The notes under the pieces were generated by a model that saw only the letters and a program-made list of their open reading frames with translations, had not been told where the DNA came from and ran no database searches. From Marispirochaeta sp. (GTDB taxonomy: Bacteria > Spirochaetota > Spirochaetia > JC444 > Marispirochaetaceae): 64,000 bases of DNA. Of this stretch, positions 11,089 to 20,573 are shown one piece after another. The stretch is taken from the NCBI GenBank assembly GCA_963676835.2, contig CAXXFF010000003.1, forward strand, positions 736,001 through 800,000, read 5' to 3'. Position numbers and translations under genes: made by a program. Position 1 is the first letter of the stretch. Every line of letters starts with the position of its first letter.

Positions 11089-12267
11089 CTATGCCCTTGT
11101 AAAATTGTGGCGCTGAACCGTATGGGCATTCAGCCAGTCCCAGTCATATTCCACCCCCAGCCCGGGTCCGTCGGGAATCGTTATGTTTCCGTTTTTATCT
11201 ATGGAATCGAGTTCGTCTTTATAGTCGTCGGCATAACAGGGAGGAAGTACATTTCCCATTTTCGGACCTACCGTTGCAAGCTCATAATAGTTGGTGTTTC
11301 TGACTGCGCCGATCACCTGCCGGTGGGCAGGTCCGCAGGCGTGGACTTCCACATCGAGACCGAAGGCCTCCGCCATGCGGGCGGTTTTTACGGCGCCGCT
11401 GATACCCATATCGTATTCCGGGTCTGTCCGCACAAAGTCAGTACCCCCTTCAAGGATAACCGAGCACTTTGACTCCAAAGCCCTCACATGTTCGGTTATG
11501 AGTATTGGTGTTTTTATAAACTGTCGGAGCTTTTTATGAGAAAAAGCGGACATCGAATTATCCCGATAGGGATCCTCATACCAGAAGTAGTTTGCTTCGT
11601 CACAGGCTTTTCCCACGTAGAGGGCATCGGCAAAATTTTTCAGATCCGACGCAGCATCGTACATCAGTGTCATTTTATCACCGATTTTCTGCCTCAGCCG
11701 CCGGATCAGTTCCACTTCCACCTTTGCATCACCATCAAACCATCCGTGATGCTTGAATGCGGTATATCCCATTGAATGACACTGCTCCGCGAAATCGGCA
11801 AACGCCTCGTAGCTGTCCAGCATTCCTGTGTGATCGCCATGAAAGGTACTTGCATAAGCAGGTACGGTATCCCGGAATTTTCCCAGCATGCGTGAGATAG
11901 ATTTTCCGGCCTGCTTCCCCGCAAGATCCCAGAGAACAATATCTACCGGCCCCTGCCCCATATGGTCCGTATGGCAGAGCCTGCGGTTCCATTCATTAAA
12001 GAATGCTTCCCGCATATCCGAATCTCTGCCCGGAAGGTCCGCCGCAAGCTGCAGAGTCTGTGCAAGAGCATGACGGGTTGCACCCCATAGTGCAACATAT
12101 TCTCCTCTTGATCCGTCGCTGCATTCAACCACCAGGGCATATTTCGTCATGGGCATACTGCTGCCTTTCACATAGCCCACATGATTATGGGCATCTTTAA
12201 ATGCGACTCCCAGGTTTTCAACGTTATAGGTAAATTCGATTACTTCAACTCTATCGATAATTGGCAT
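11089..12267 (-). CDS. Mandelate racemase/muconate lactonising enzyme family
   Basis: DIVLWDLAGK, PAYAST, FKHHG, LMYDA, WYEDP, PDGPGLGVE. Confidence 0.9.
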   Translation of the reverse strand: MPIIDRVEVIEFTYNVENLGVAFKDAHNHVGYVKGSSMPMTKYALVVECSDGSRGEYVALWGATRHALAQTLQLAADLPGRDSDMREAFFNEWNRRLCHTDHMGQGPVDIVLWDLAGKQAGKSISRMLGKFRDTVPAYASTFHGDHTGMLDSYEAFADFAEQCHSMGYTAFKHHGWFDGDAKVEVELIRRLRQKIGDKMTLMYDAASDLKNFADALYVGKACDEANYFWYEDPYRDNSMSAFSHKKLRQFIKTPILITEHVRALESKCSVILEGGTDFVRTDPEYDMGISGAVKTARMAEAFGLDVEVHACGPAHRQVIGAVRNTNYYELATVGPKMGNVLPPCYADDYKDELDSIDKNGNITIPDGPGLGVEYDWDWLNAHTVQRHNFTRA

Positions 12268-12303
12268 TCATGCCCCTCCACAAGATATTGGCTCATATTT
12301 ATT

Positions 12304-12318
12304 TTGTACGCAATATAT
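12304..12318. promoter_or_regulatory. Putative GntR/FadR-type operator
   Basis: TTGTACGCAATATAT; its exact reverse complement occurs at 15491-15505. Confidence 0.55.
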
Positions 12319-12374
12319 TCTTATATTATTACAAAGGGGGGTCTATAGTATAGACACCCCCGTGCAAACAGATA

Positions 12375-13877
12375 TTACTTGCCGCTGATATTTTTTTGCA
12401 GCTTGTACTCTTTATAATTATTTCGAATGGAAACTATGAGAGATATAAGCGCCACCGACAGAAAGACAATGGAAATGGGCTTATGCAGAAAAGGCGCATA
12501 ACTTCCGTTACTTAACTGCAGACCACGGCGCAGGTTCAGCTCTGCGATGGGGCCGAGAATAAACCCGAGCACCACCGGGGGCATGGGAAATCCAAGCTTC
12601 ATCAGACCGTAACCAACCAGCCCGAATACCAGCAGACATATTACATCGAACATGCGGTTATTGGCCGCATAGGCACCGACTACACAGAGCACCATGATTA
12701 TGGGAAAAAGAATGTGCTTGGGGATAGAGAGAAGCCGTACAAACCCGCGCATACCGAAGAACTCAAGGGCGATCATGGCAAAGTTTGCCACAATAAGTGC
12801 GGCAAAAATGCTGTAAACAATAGGCCCGTTTGTTGTAAACAGCAGAGGTCCCGGCCGGATACCATGAATCATCAACCCCCCAAGAAGCATTGCGGTTACC
12901 GTATCACCGGGAATTCCCAGGGTGAGAAGCGGCACCAGCGCACCTCCAACTGACGCGTTGTTGGCAGACTCAGAAGCGACAATACCGTCCATAATCCCTG
13001 TACCGAACTTTTCCGGATGCTTCGACTGATTCTTTGCAGTTATATAGGCAATGATATTGGAGGTTGCTCCGCCGATGCCGGGAAGGATGCCGATTCCTGT
13101 ACCTATCACACTGGACCGGAACAGGTTAAAAAGCTGCTGAACAAACTCCTTCAGACTGAAACCAAAGCCTTTTATCTTGTAGTCGGCGATCTCATTTTTG
13201 GTTACATCCGCCTCTTTTGATTCTGCTTTTCTGATAATCTCCCCTACTGCATATAAACCAATCAAAAGCGGAAGCAGACCGAATCCGGCATCAAGACCGT
13301 GTACGCCGAAGGTAAAACGGGGATACCCGTCCAAAGGAGCAACTCCTACCAGAGACAGGGCAATGCCCATTCCTCCGGCAATCAAACCTTTAATAAGTGA
13401 CCCCTGGGAAAGACTTGCAATCATGGTAAGGGCGAATACAGCAATGGAAAAGTAGTCGTACGAAGAGAACTTGAGAGCAATACGAGCCAGAGGCGGTGAG
13501 ATAAAGATAAGGATCAAGATACTGAACAGACCGCCAAGAAAAGAGTACACAATTCCGATTCCAAGAGCCTTGCCGGCTTCCCCCCTGGCAGCCATGGGAT
13601 GGCCGTCGAAGGTGGTGGCAATTGATGCCGGGGTTCCCGGTATTTTCAGAAGAATCGCGGTAATAAGACCTCCGGAAATTCCTCCTATGTACAGGGCAAC
13701 CAGCAGCGACATACCGTTGAGAGGCTGCAGCCCGAAGGTTATGGGCAGCATAAGTGCAACGGCCATGGTTGCAGTCATTCCCGGTATGGCGCCGAAAATA
13801 ATTCCTACAAATACACCTATCAATATAAGCAGCAGTGTCTTTATGTTAAGAACTGCAAGTAGTCCGGTTAATAACAT
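12375..13877 (-). CDS. tctA: Tripartite tricarboxylate transporter large subunit (copy 1)
   Basis: GAIPGMTAT, IPGTPAS, ESANNA, LTLGIPGD. Confidence 0.93.
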   Translation of the reverse strand: MLLTGLLAVLNIKTLLLILIGVFVGIIFGAIPGMTATMAVALMLPITFGLQPLNGMSLLVALYIGGISGGLITAILLKIPGTPASIATTFDGHPMAARGEAGKALGIGIVYSFLGGLFSILILIFISPPLARIALKFSSYDYFSIAVFALTMIASLSQGSLIKGLIAGGMGIALSLVGVAPLDGYPRFTFGVHGLDAGFGLLPLLIGLYAVGEIIRKAESKEADVTKNEIADYKIKGFGFSLKEFVQQLFNLFRSSVIGTGIGILPGIGGATSNIIAYITAKNQSKHPEKFGTGIMDGIVASESANNASVGGALVPLLTLGIPGDTVTAMLLGGLMIHGIRPGPLLFTTNGPIVYSIFAALIVANFAMIALEFFGMRGFVRLLSIPKHILFPIIMVLCVVGAYAANNRMFDVICLLVFGLVGYGLMKLGFPMPPVVLGFILGPIAELNLRRGLQLSNGSYAPFLHKPISIVFLSVALISLIVSIRNNYKEYKLQKNISGK

Positions 13878-13889
13878 CCCTGAACTCTC

Positions 13890-14378
13890 CTAACCAAGGA
13901 TTCCCGCCGGCAGCAGCAGGTTGAAGAAATTTACAAACAGTACATAAACACTTACCGGAATTACCACGGAGAGGATAATAAACAGCAGGAGATTCCGATG
14001 CCCCGCCGGTGCAAGAATGTACATTTGCCCGAAAAGAAAAATGGCCGACATAACTATAAAACCTACGGGCCGCAGCAGAAAAACATAGGCAATCAGTAGA
14101 AAGATTGTAAGGAGCAGGGTCTTCAGTTCAATTTCGGCCCCACCGGATTTTTTCGTTTCTTCAGGTGTTTCAGCTTTTCTTATCAGTTTATTTACAAGAA
14201 TCGAAACCAGGTGTATTACACTCAGTCCGATAATATAGACTGCCACAGCCTTCGGCAGATAATCGGGACCTACACCGGCGAGCCTGGTTTTACCAATGGT
14301 AAAAGAAACCAGCAGAATGAATATCCCAAAAAATAAGGCAAAAACCCCTGAAAAGAGGTCTCGTTTAAGATTTACCAT
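13890..14378 (-). CDS. tctB: Tripartite tricarboxylate transporter small subunit
   Basis: 4 hydrophobic segments, GP..LP and LLLPAGILG; lies between tctC and tctA. Confidence 0.88.
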   Translation of the reverse strand: MVNLKRDLFSGVFALFFGIFILLVSFTIGKTRLAGVGPDYLPKAVAVYIIGLSVIHLVSILVNKLIRKAETPEETKKSGGAEIELKTLLLTIFLLIAYVFLLRPVGFIVMSAIFLFGQMYILAPAGHRNLLLFIILSVVIPVSVYVLFVNFFNLLLPAGILG

Positions 14379-14452
14379 GTTTGTTCCTCAAATAAAGATT
14401 GCCGCCGGATGCAGAGAGCAAATCCGGCGACGAAATAAAAATGTAGAAGCTC

Positions 14453-15445
14453 TTAGTTAACCTTAAGCTGGTCCTTGTATTTCATAATAACCGTGCGCTG
14501 TGCAGTAAGTTCCTTAACTGCATCTGCGCCTGCCCTGAAATAGGGCTTCTGAAAATAGGCTTTCTGAATCTCATCCCGATAGACCTGCATCTCCGAAACC
14601 TTCTTTGCTGCATCGGTAAAGGTTGCAACGATTTCCGCAGGGGTTCCTTTGGGGAAGGCAAAATAATAGAGCATATCCAGAGTGGAATCGGGAAATCCCA
14701 GTTCTGAAACAGTGGGGATATCCGGAGCTTCTTCAAGCCGGACAGACCCGGTATTGGCGAGTGCTTTTACTTCACCGCTGTCGATATAGTCCTTCATCAT
14801 ACCGTAAGCATTGGGAATAATATCAACATGGCCGCCCATCATGGCTGCCAGCCGGTCGGATCCGCCGCCGAAGTCTGCAAGGTTGAATTTGGCACCCTGA
14901 GAGTTAAGGGTTGTTCCGATAAAATAGGTTGTTGCCCCGGTGTTGGCTGCATAGGTTATGGTATTGGGATTCTTTTTACTTGCAGCTACTGCTTCTTCAA
15001 AGGTGTTGTAGGGAGAGTCTTTGCTGGCGAAAAGCATAGTGGAAGTGTTTCTTGCACCGATTGCAGCAATTTCAAAAGCGTCCATAATATTCTGCTCCCA
15101 GACTCCTGCAGCCTCACCTACCAGAAGTGCACTGTGGCACCAGAGAACAGTATATCCGTCGGGATCGGCATCGAGAACCTGACGGGCGCCAACGGTACCG
15201 CCGGAGCCGCTTACATTGGTAACAACAACAGGGACTCCCAGAATATCTTTCAGATATTTAGCATACATCCTGCCGTTGAAGTCTGTATCTCCACCGGGAT
15301 TATAGGGCACGACAATCTGAATTGATTTTGCCGGCCAGGTTTTGCCGGACTGACCCTGCTCCTGAGAACCGTTTGCAAAGAGCCCGGGCACCAATAGCAG
15401 TACTATCAACAGAACAGCAAAAATTTTGAAAAATGACTTCATCAT
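14453..15445 (-). CDS. tctC: TTT substrate-binding protein (Bug/TctC)
   Basis: WPAKSIQIVVPYNPGGDTD, N.SGSGG..G, DPDGYT, PDIPTV.E. Confidence 0.93.
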   Translation of the reverse strand: MMKSFFKIFAVLLIVLLLVPGLFANGSQEQGQSGKTWPAKSIQIVVPYNPGGDTDFNGRMYAKYLKDILGVPVVVTNVSGSGGTVGARQVLDADPDGYTVLWCHSALLVGEAAGVWEQNIMDAFEIAAIGARNTSTMLFASKDSPYNTFEEAVAASKKNPNTITYAANTGATTYFIGTTLNSQGAKFNLADFGGGSDRLAAMMGGHVDIIPNAYGMMKDYIDSGEVKALANTGSVRLEEAPDIPTVSELGFPDSTLDMLYYFAFPKGTPAEIVATFTDAAKKVSEMQVYRDEIQKAYFQKPYFRAGADAVKELTAQRTVIMKYKDQLKVN

Positions 15446-15490
15446 CTTTCCTCCTTATTGTATCTGCGGGGAAATCCTGATTTATCGGGT

Positions 15491-15505
15491 ATATATTGCG
15501 TACAA
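15491..15505. promoter_or_regulatory. Putative GntR/FadR-type operator
   Basis: ATATATTGCGTACAA, reverse complement of 12304-12318; TTTGTATAC also nearby at ~15582. Confidence 0.55.
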
Positions 15506-15643
15506 TTTATTACCCGATTAGTTAAGATCTCCCTGCGATGAAGAAATCTTAACACGGGTCCTAAATACGGGCAATAAATATTTTGTATACATTCTATCGA
15601 TAATTATATACGGATTTAACAGAATGAAAAAACGATGTGCCCC

Positions 15644-15673
15644 AAAAAAAGGCCGCCCGTTTTCGAGCGACCT
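15644..15673 (-). terminator. Intrinsic terminator after URO-D copy A
   Basis: Imperfect GC hairpin next to an A7 run (T run on the minus strand). Confidence 0.6.
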
Positions 15674-15699
15674 GTAATTAAAATGCAGCAATTTACCGC

Positions 15700-16830
15700 T
15701 TACCCCTTAAGCGGGTAAACTCCATACTTTTTTCGTGCAGCAAGCATTGCCTTGTAGTTCTCGATACTGGTTCCTTTTTCAATGCTGTTACCGCTGGCAA
15801 GGACGTAGCCGCCGCCGGGTCCACCATTCTCAATTGAATATTTAACCTCGGCATCAACAGATTCCGGAGTGCCTTCGATAAGGCTTTCAACGTTCACTCC
15901 ACCGAAGAAACAGAGTTTACCGCTGTACTTTTCTTTCAGCAGTTTCAGATCCATTCCAATACTGGACTGAATACCATGCCAGCCGTTTACCCCGATTTCA
16001 GCAAAATCATCCAGGGCATCCCACATACTGCCGTCGGTATGTTTGATAAAATATCCTCCACGGTCGTGAGCGGCCTTTACCTGGCGGGTAAGCCCGGGAA
16101 GGATAAGTTCTGCAAAGCGTTCATGGCCCATCATAAGGCCCCGGTTGTCGGCATAGTCGTCGGTGGTCATAACCGCATCCACACCAGCGTCAAAGAAAGC
16201 ATTGATATAGGCTATGCTGCGGTTTACCCAGACTTCGGAGGCTTTCTTTACAAAGTCAGGGTCGAGAATCATCCTCATAAGGTACTCTTCAATGCCCACG
16301 GTCATTTTATAGGCAAAGGAGCCGTCCACCGGTGGGCGTCCGATAATAAAATGGGTATCCCCCATTTCGGCAACCACGGCTTTAATCATGTCCAGCTCGC
16401 TGGGGTCTACCTTGAAATCTTCATCGGGATCGGGGAGATCATCAATGGTCATTTCCGTGTTGTAGTGGGGAGAAATCTGCTGCCCTATTTCAGCGTTAAA
16501 GTGAAACTGGTTACCCTTTTCATCCTCCCAGTCATACTCACCCAGCATTTTGGGACGTTTGTACTCTTTGGCTGCAGGGGCTGCAGGAACACGGATATAA
16601 TCATGCTCAAGGGCCTTTGCAAGATCAATCATTACATTGGAACAGTGATCCACAAACTCATCGCGCTTACCGTCCCAGCAGTGGGTCAGCTGGGCGAAGG
16701 CATCGGTATACATAACTGTACGGCCAAGTATCTCTGTAGCGGTAGTCTGGTGAATCATGTTTTCTCCGGTGGGGACCATATCCGGTTCCTTATGATTCAG
16801 TGCTGCAATAACTCGTTCTTTTGGTGTCAT
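15700..16830 (-). CDS. URO-D/MtaA-family protein, copy A
   Basis: MTPKERVIAALNHKEPD.VP, DDYA, KHTDG, LCFFGGVN, GGYVLASGN. Confidence 0.85.
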   Translation of the reverse strand: MTPKERVIAALNHKEPDMVPTGENMIHQTTATEILGRTVMYTDAFAQLTHCWDGKRDEFVDHCSNVMIDLAKALEHDYIRVPAAPAAKEYKRPKMLGEYDWEDEKGNQFHFNAEIGQQISPHYNTEMTIDDLPDPDEDFKVDPSELDMIKAVVAEMGDTHFIIGRPPVDGSFAYKMTVGIEEYLMRMILDPDFVKKASEVWVNRSIAYINAFFDAGVDAVMTTDDYADNRGLMMGHERFAELILPGLTRQVKAAHDRGGYFIKHTDGSMWDALDDFAEIGVNGWHGIQSSIGMDLKLLKEKYSGKLCFFGGVNVESLIEGTPESVDAEVKYSIENGGPGGGYVLASGNSIEKGTSIENYKAMLAARKKYGVYPLKG

Positions 16831-16982
16831 TAACCTCTCCTCATGCTATGCATTCCGCATGCATGGCATTGTTTTTTCCCGCTGTCTGTTACCGGACAGC
16901 GTCAGTTACAATTCTTTTCAGCCTGTGGACTGATAATATCTTTCAGGAGTATCCCCTCAAGACCTGATAGTCTCCACTATAT

Positions 16983-16998
16983 TGCAAAGACCATGCCA
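16983..16998 (-). promoter_or_regulatory. Sigma54 -24/-12 promoter
   Basis: TGGCATGGTCTTTGCA (GG-N10-GC) upstream of URO-D copy A. Confidence 0.85.
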
Positions 16999-17097
16999 AA
17001 AACCGAAACCAAAGTAACGTATCTATCTTCTTACATAACAAACAATTAGTCAGATATTCAATTATTGATCAGCAACATATCGCAATCTTGCTACACA

Positions 17098-17116
17098 CGT
17101 CGCGAAACATGCAACA
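17098..17116. promoter_or_regulatory. Putative enhancer (UAS) for the sigma54 activator
   Basis: CGTCGC-N7-GCAACA, 101 bp from the -24 box; matches TGTTGC-N7-GCAACA at 21852. Confidence 0.55.
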
Positions 17117-17145
17117 TTTATAGAATATACAAGGAACAACGGAAC

Positions 17146-17181
17146 AAAAAAATGAGACCCTTCGAATACTCGAAGGGTCTC
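17146..17181 (-). terminator. Intrinsic terminator after tctA copy 2
   Basis: GAGACCCTTCGA-ATAC-TCGAAGGGTCTC perfect 12-bp stem plus T run on the minus strand. Confidence 0.85.
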
Positions 17182-17205
17182 CCACACATTAGAAAGTACC
17201 AATAA

Positions 17206-18717
17206 TCAGTTCTCAACCTGCCGGTTAAACTTGCTGAGAAAGATTACAAATACAACAGACAGAACGAGGAATATAAGACTGTCTATTTCGGTAAAAAATA
17301 CCAGCAAATTGTTGTGCGATATTGACAGCACCCGTCGAAAGTATTCCTCAAAGAGTGGCCCCAGAAGGGCTCCAAGAATAAACGGGACCGAAGGATATTT
17401 CTGTCCCCGGAGAAAATAGATCATTACTCCCACCGCAAGGCCTACAAACATCTGAAATACCGAGTAGGTGGCTGCATATGCCCCGGTGAGGGATATGGCA
17501 GCAATGCTTGAGTAAAGAACCAGGCGGTTGATCTTTACGATTTTGATATAGTAAGGCCCGAAAATAAAAAGTGAAAGCGGCATAAGCACTGCAGCTGCAA
17601 AGGCAAGGGCGGCATACATGGGAGCTACCAGATAGAGCTGCTTGGAAAGAATTTCCGGTCCGGGAATAACTCCGTAAACCATAAGAACGCCAAGTACAAT
17701 GGCGGTTACACCATCTCCGGGAATACCGAAGGTCAGCATTGGTACAAGTGCACCTCCGCAGACTGCGTTGTTTGCACCTTCGGCACAGGCGATCCCTTCA
17801 TAAAAACCGGTACCATATTTTTCCGGATGCTTTGAAGAGCGTTTACCCTCTGCATAGGATACAAAGGCAGCCATACTACCCCCTGCACCGGGCAGGGCTC
17901 CAATAAAATAACCGATCAAAGCACTTTTCAGGTAACGCCAGGCTCCAACTGCCTTGACTTCCTCCCACTTGGGAATAAAGTCCCGTCGGCGGATTTTCAT
18001 TCCCTCCGAGGCTTCAGCTATTTTTCTGAACTCAGCATTGCTGATTGCCGACTGGGTCAGAAGCTCTGAGATCGCGAAGGCTCCAATAACAATGGGAACA
18101 AACTCAAAGCCTTCAAGCAGTGTAATTGAGCCGAAAGTAAAACGCTGGGTCGGCCGCATAACGCCCATCCCAACCGTTGCCAGCACAAGACCGATGATGG
18201 TCATCATGGCTGCCTTGGGCCAGTCTTTTCCGGAAAGTGCCGCAATTACAACAAAGGCGAAAAGTATCAGCGAAGCCTTTCCGGGGGTTTTTATCATAAG
18301 TGCGACTTTTACCGCCAGCGGTGAGATGGCAATAAGCAGAATTACACCGATGGTTCCGCCGATGGCAGAGGCCAGGGTGGAATGAGCAAGAGCCTTCGCT
18401 CCCTGCCCCTGCTTCATCATAAGGTGGCCGTCGATTGCCGTCATCGCTCCCGAGGGAGCTCCCGGTATATTTATGGTAATGGCGGTAATTGAACCGGAGT
18501 ACATACCAGCCATGTAAATTCCCATACACATAAAAAGTGCCGCATTCATGGACATGCTGTATGTCATGGGCAGCAGAAGCACTATAGCAAGCGTTGCCGT
18601 TAGACCCGGAATTGAACCGAAAATAACACCTACTACAAAGCCGAACATAAGCGTCAGCAGCAGGATTGGATCTGCCAGCAGGGTGAATGCATCAAGTATT
18701 TGTCCTATGGTAGACAT
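17206..18717 (-). CDS. tctA: TTT large subunit (copy 2)
   Basis: GSIPGLTAT, NIPGAPS, EGANNA, LTFGIPGD. Confidence 0.93.
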   Translation of the reverse strand: MSTIGQILDAFTLLADPILLLTLMFGFVVGVIFGSIPGLTATLAIVLLLPMTYSMSMNAALFMCMGIYMAGMYSGSITAITINIPGAPSGAMTAIDGHLMMKQGQGAKALAHSTLASAIGGTIGVILLIAISPLAVKVALMIKTPGKASLILFAFVVIAALSGKDWPKAAMMTIIGLVLATVGMGVMRPTQRFTFGSITLLEGFEFVPIVIGAFAISELLTQSAISNAEFRKIAEASEGMKIRRRDFIPKWEEVKAVGAWRYLKSALIGYFIGALPGAGGSMAAFVSYAEGKRSSKHPEKYGTGFYEGIACAEGANNAVCGGALVPMLTFGIPGDGVTAIVLGVLMVYGVIPGPEILSKQLYLVAPMYAALAFAAAVLMPLSLFIFGPYYIKIVKINRLVLYSSIAAISLTGAYAATYSVFQMFVGLAVGVMIYFLRGQKYPSVPFILGALLGPLFEEYFRRVLSISHNNLLVFFTEIDSLIFLVLSVVFVIFLSKFNRQVEN

Positions 18718-18731
18718 AATTCAGGTTCCTC

Positions 18732-19220
18732 CTAATACAATCCGAAGAACATTTTTTCGAACTGCACATTAAAGATCACCCAGTACAGAACGTACACAAC
18801 TCCGGTAATCAGAACTGCGTAAATAAGTTTTCTTACCAACTGCTGAATTTCATCATCAAAAAAGATTAGAAAGAGATAAACATATACCAGTACAGAAGGT
18901 ATTAAACCGGTAAGCTTAAACAGTACGATATACAGCAGTGAGACAATTGAAAGAATCAGGGGGGTGGTAACAACCTTTACAGGCTTATCTGATTCTTTAC
19001 CGCCTTCTTTTTTTACTTCCTGAACGGCATCGTACATAAGCTTTATGGCCAGGGGTATTCCAATAACCCCCAGAAGCACGGGAAAGAAAGACTCACTGGT
19101 TTTCTCTCCCATAAAAAGCGGACCCATGCTGATTCCCAGGGTCAGATAAATAATCAGCGCAACCAGAACAACAGCAGGAACAACTACCCTGGCATGCAGG
19201 TAGGGGTTTCGCAATTCCAT
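18732..19220 (-). CDS. tctB: TTT small subunit (copy 2)
   Basis: 4 hydrophobic segments, FFP motif, position in operon. Confidence 0.85.
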   Translation of the reverse strand: MELRNPYLHARVVVPAVVLVALIIYLTLGISMGPLFMGEKTSESFFPVLLGVIGIPLAIKLMYDAVQEVKKEGGKESDKPVKVVTTPLILSIVSLLYIVLFKLTGLIPSVLVYVYLFLIFFDDEIQQLVRKLIYAVLITGVVYVLYWVIFNVQFEKMFFGLY

Positions 19221-19247
19221 CAGATTTTCCTTCTAGTTTTAATAGAA

Positions 19248-19276
19248 GGCCGGTCTTTTTATTAAAAAGACCGGCC
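19248..19276. terminator. Stem-loop between tctC and tctB
   Basis: GGCCGGTCTTTTT-ATT-AAAAAGACCGGCC. Confidence 0.6.
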
Positions 19277-19299
19277 CTACAATTCCGTATTCCGGATGA

Positions 19300-20295
19300 T
19301 TAGTCGATCAGACCTTTCTCTTTCATGACATCAAGGGCCTTGAAAGATTTTTCCTGAATGGCACGTACAAAGTCACGGGACTTGTCCTGACCAAACCAGC
19401 CTGCGGTTACACCAACAGATTTAGTCCAGCTGCGGAACTCATCTGAGTGCTGTGCATCGTAGTACAGCTTCTCGATGGTATCCAGTACATCCTGAGGAGT
19501 ATCGATGGGAGCAACAATTACGTTGAAACTTCCAATCTCCATTTCTGCATGTCCCTTGTCTGCAATAGTAGGAACATCGGTATAGGTTTCGTTCTGGATT
19601 GTAGAGTATTCAACAAGACCGCGAACCTGGCCGGACTGCAGCACTGCAGCAAAGTCACCAAGACTGGTTATAACAGCATCACACTCACCGGAAAGAAGAG
19701 CTTCTCTCTGGGGACCGGCGCCGTCAACATATTCGATCTGGGAAAATTTAACTCCGTAGATCTCTTCTGTCTGCATGGTGATCATGGAAGGACGTCCGCC
19801 GATAGCAGTAATACCAACAGTCAGTTTGCCGGGATTTGCTTTGGCATCATCAATGAACTGCTCATATGTTTTCCAGGGAGAGTCAGCCTTAACCATAAGA
19901 GCATCGGCTTCCTGAGTTACAATACATACAAACTTAAGCTTGTCCAGGTCGTACTGGGGAATGAGTTTGTAATAAACCGCACCTACACATGCTCCATAGG
20001 TAAGGTTACCCAGGGTGTAGCCGTCGGGACGAGCACGCATTACATCAAAGGGTGCTGCTGCTTCACCGGAACCGGGCTTGTTTATTACGGGAATACTTAC
20101 ATCGAGGTTCTTTTCAATAATAGATGCCAGCTTCCGGTTGATAGTGTCAGTTCCACCGCCGGCACCACCGTTGGTAATAAACTGGATATCCTTTGCAGGA
20201 TACGCTTTTTCCTGTCCACCTTCTGCAAATACTACTCCGGAAAGCAGTGCAAGAGCCATGAGCGCCACAACAAACCGTACAATCTGTTTTTTCAT
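19300..20295 (-). CDS. tctC: TTT substrate-binding protein (copy 2)
   Basis: YPAKDI, GGGTD, NKPG, RPDGYT, DVPT. Confidence 0.92.
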   Translation of the reverse strand: MKKQIVRFVVALMALALLSGVVFAEGGQEKAYPAKDIQFITNGGAGGGTDTINRKLASIIEKNLDVSIPVINKPGSGEAAAPFDVMRARPDGYTLGNLTYGACVGAVYYKLIPQYDLDKLKFVCIVTQEADALMVKADSPWKTYEQFIDDAKANPGKLTVGITAIGGRPSMITMQTEEIYGVKFSQIEYVDGAGPQREALLSGECDAVITSLGDFAAVLQSGQVRGLVEYSTIQNETYTDVPTIADKGHAEMEIGSFNVIVAPIDTPQDVLDTIEKLYYDAQHSDEFRSWTKSVGVTAGWFGQDKSRDFVRAIQEKSFKALDVMKEKGLID

Positions 20296-20573
20296 CGTCT
20301 TCTCCTTTAAGCTTTGTCAACCGAAACTGCGGACACGCTATCCATATACTTATGTCTGATGCATCACCCTTTTGAGCCCTCCATGCCCGAAAAAATTGTG
20401 ATTCAACCGACATGCTTTGTATACAAACAGAATACATACCAGATTCGATCCGGACTTATTTTTATATATCACACCGTATATGTCAAGCATTATTTTGCAT
20501 ACATAATGTGATGTTTCAAATAAGGCCGTCCCGGCAGAGACGGCCTTAACAGAAGAAGAGAATTTACGCAGAT

